This document shows, piece by piece, positions 63,578-64,000 of a DNA stretch of 64,000 bases (position 1 is the first letter of the stretch; each line of letters opens with the position of its first letter). Made by a program: the position numbers and the translations under genes. The stretch is from Trypanosoma brucei (lineage: Eukaryota), in contig CM000208.1 of assembly GCA_000002445.1 (NCBI GenBank), forward strand, positions 2,496,001 to 2,560,000, given 5' to 3'. The notes under the pieces are model-generated. The model did not search any database. It saw nothing but the letters and a program-made list of their open reading frames with translations, and was not told where the DNA came from.

Positions 63578-64000
63578 CTTTAAGTGTGCGACTACGCACT
63601 ACCTCACAAAGCAGTGGAAAGGGGCGGTTATGCAAGAAGGGGTGAAAAGAAGGGGGATTGGAGAAGAGAAAAAACGAAGATGCGGGGGGAAAGGCTCCTA
63701 GCGCATCGGTGGGAGAGGCACGAAATGGAAAAATTGCAGTACACATAGCAAAACGGAGATACCCACCTAACAACGGTATGGTGGTTGTGGGGAAATCTTT
63801 ATGAGCATAAACACACGCGAAAAGAAAGAAAGAGGAAAGCGATGGATTTGTTACAGCTGGAAATTGACCTCCCCGTAACCCAAGCGCCGCCCAATACAAC
63901 TGCTACTGTTCCAAGTATTTGTCTGCTTTGAATCGTGGATCCGTACGGCATATTTAATCCGCCAAGGACATGTGAATTTGAGAGCCACATACGGGGACCA

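Noticed and set aside
63489-63990. 136-aa and 63-aa minus-strand ORFs at the window end
   Set aside because: Low-complexity translation of the 5' flank of the 62450..63577 gene. No support.

Overview
This window is a chromosome-internal stretch of a kinetoplastid genome. It is almost certainly Trypanosoma brucei-group: the 492-aa ORF at 24028..25506 matches trypanothione reductase as I remember it, and the 112-aa H2B matches T. brucei H2B. Every convincing gene (about 27 distinct genes plus 14 H2B copies) lies on the minus strand, so the window is a single polycistronic transcription unit with no strand-switch region. A-rich plus-strand stretches upstream of each gene are polypyrimidine tracts on the coding strand, the expected trans-splicing signals. 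No rRNA, CRISPR or prokaryotic-style operon or defence system is visible, and I could not reliably identify tRNA or snoRNA genes by eye.

Gene content, 5'->3' on the plus strand (all coding on minus):
- degenerate PPP-type metallophosphatase-like protein
- Tctex-type dynein light chain
- CDC27/APC3 (TPR)
- condensin SMC2
- MORN-repeat + STE-like protein kinase
- a giant microtubule-associated repetitive protein (MARP)-like gene carrying about 47 near-identical 114-bp (38-aa) tandem repeats
- a conserved hypothetical
- DEAD-box helicase (DDX49/Dbp8-like)
- trypanothione reductase
- mitoribosomal uS11-like protein
- MCM8
- monothiol glutaredoxin (CGFT)
- a hypothetical
- mitochondrial phosphate carrier
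- a 14-copy tandem histone H2B array (903/908-bp units, about 12.4 kb)
- ARPC5-like
- 3-hydroxyacyl-CoA dehydratase (PTPLA)
- Tudor-like protein
- ankyrin-repeat acidic protein
- NARFL/Nar1
- dual-specificity phosphatase
- a protein with about 10 RanBP2-type zinc fingers and an MGAASS N-myristoylation motif
- PRP31
- several hypotheticals

Many six-frame ORFs over-extend at the N-terminus into the upstream polypyrimidine tract; where an internal ATG fits homologues I give the trimmed start and say so. The most notable structures are the two large tandem arrays (MARP-like 114-bp repeats; H2B gene array), the composition-shifted AT-rich segments immediately upstream of both arrays, two H2B copies carrying amino-acid changes, and a few candidate atypical proteins (pseudophosphatase, myristoylated RanBP2-ZnF protein). 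All product calls rest on my own motif and homologue recognition from the translated ORFs; no database search was run.
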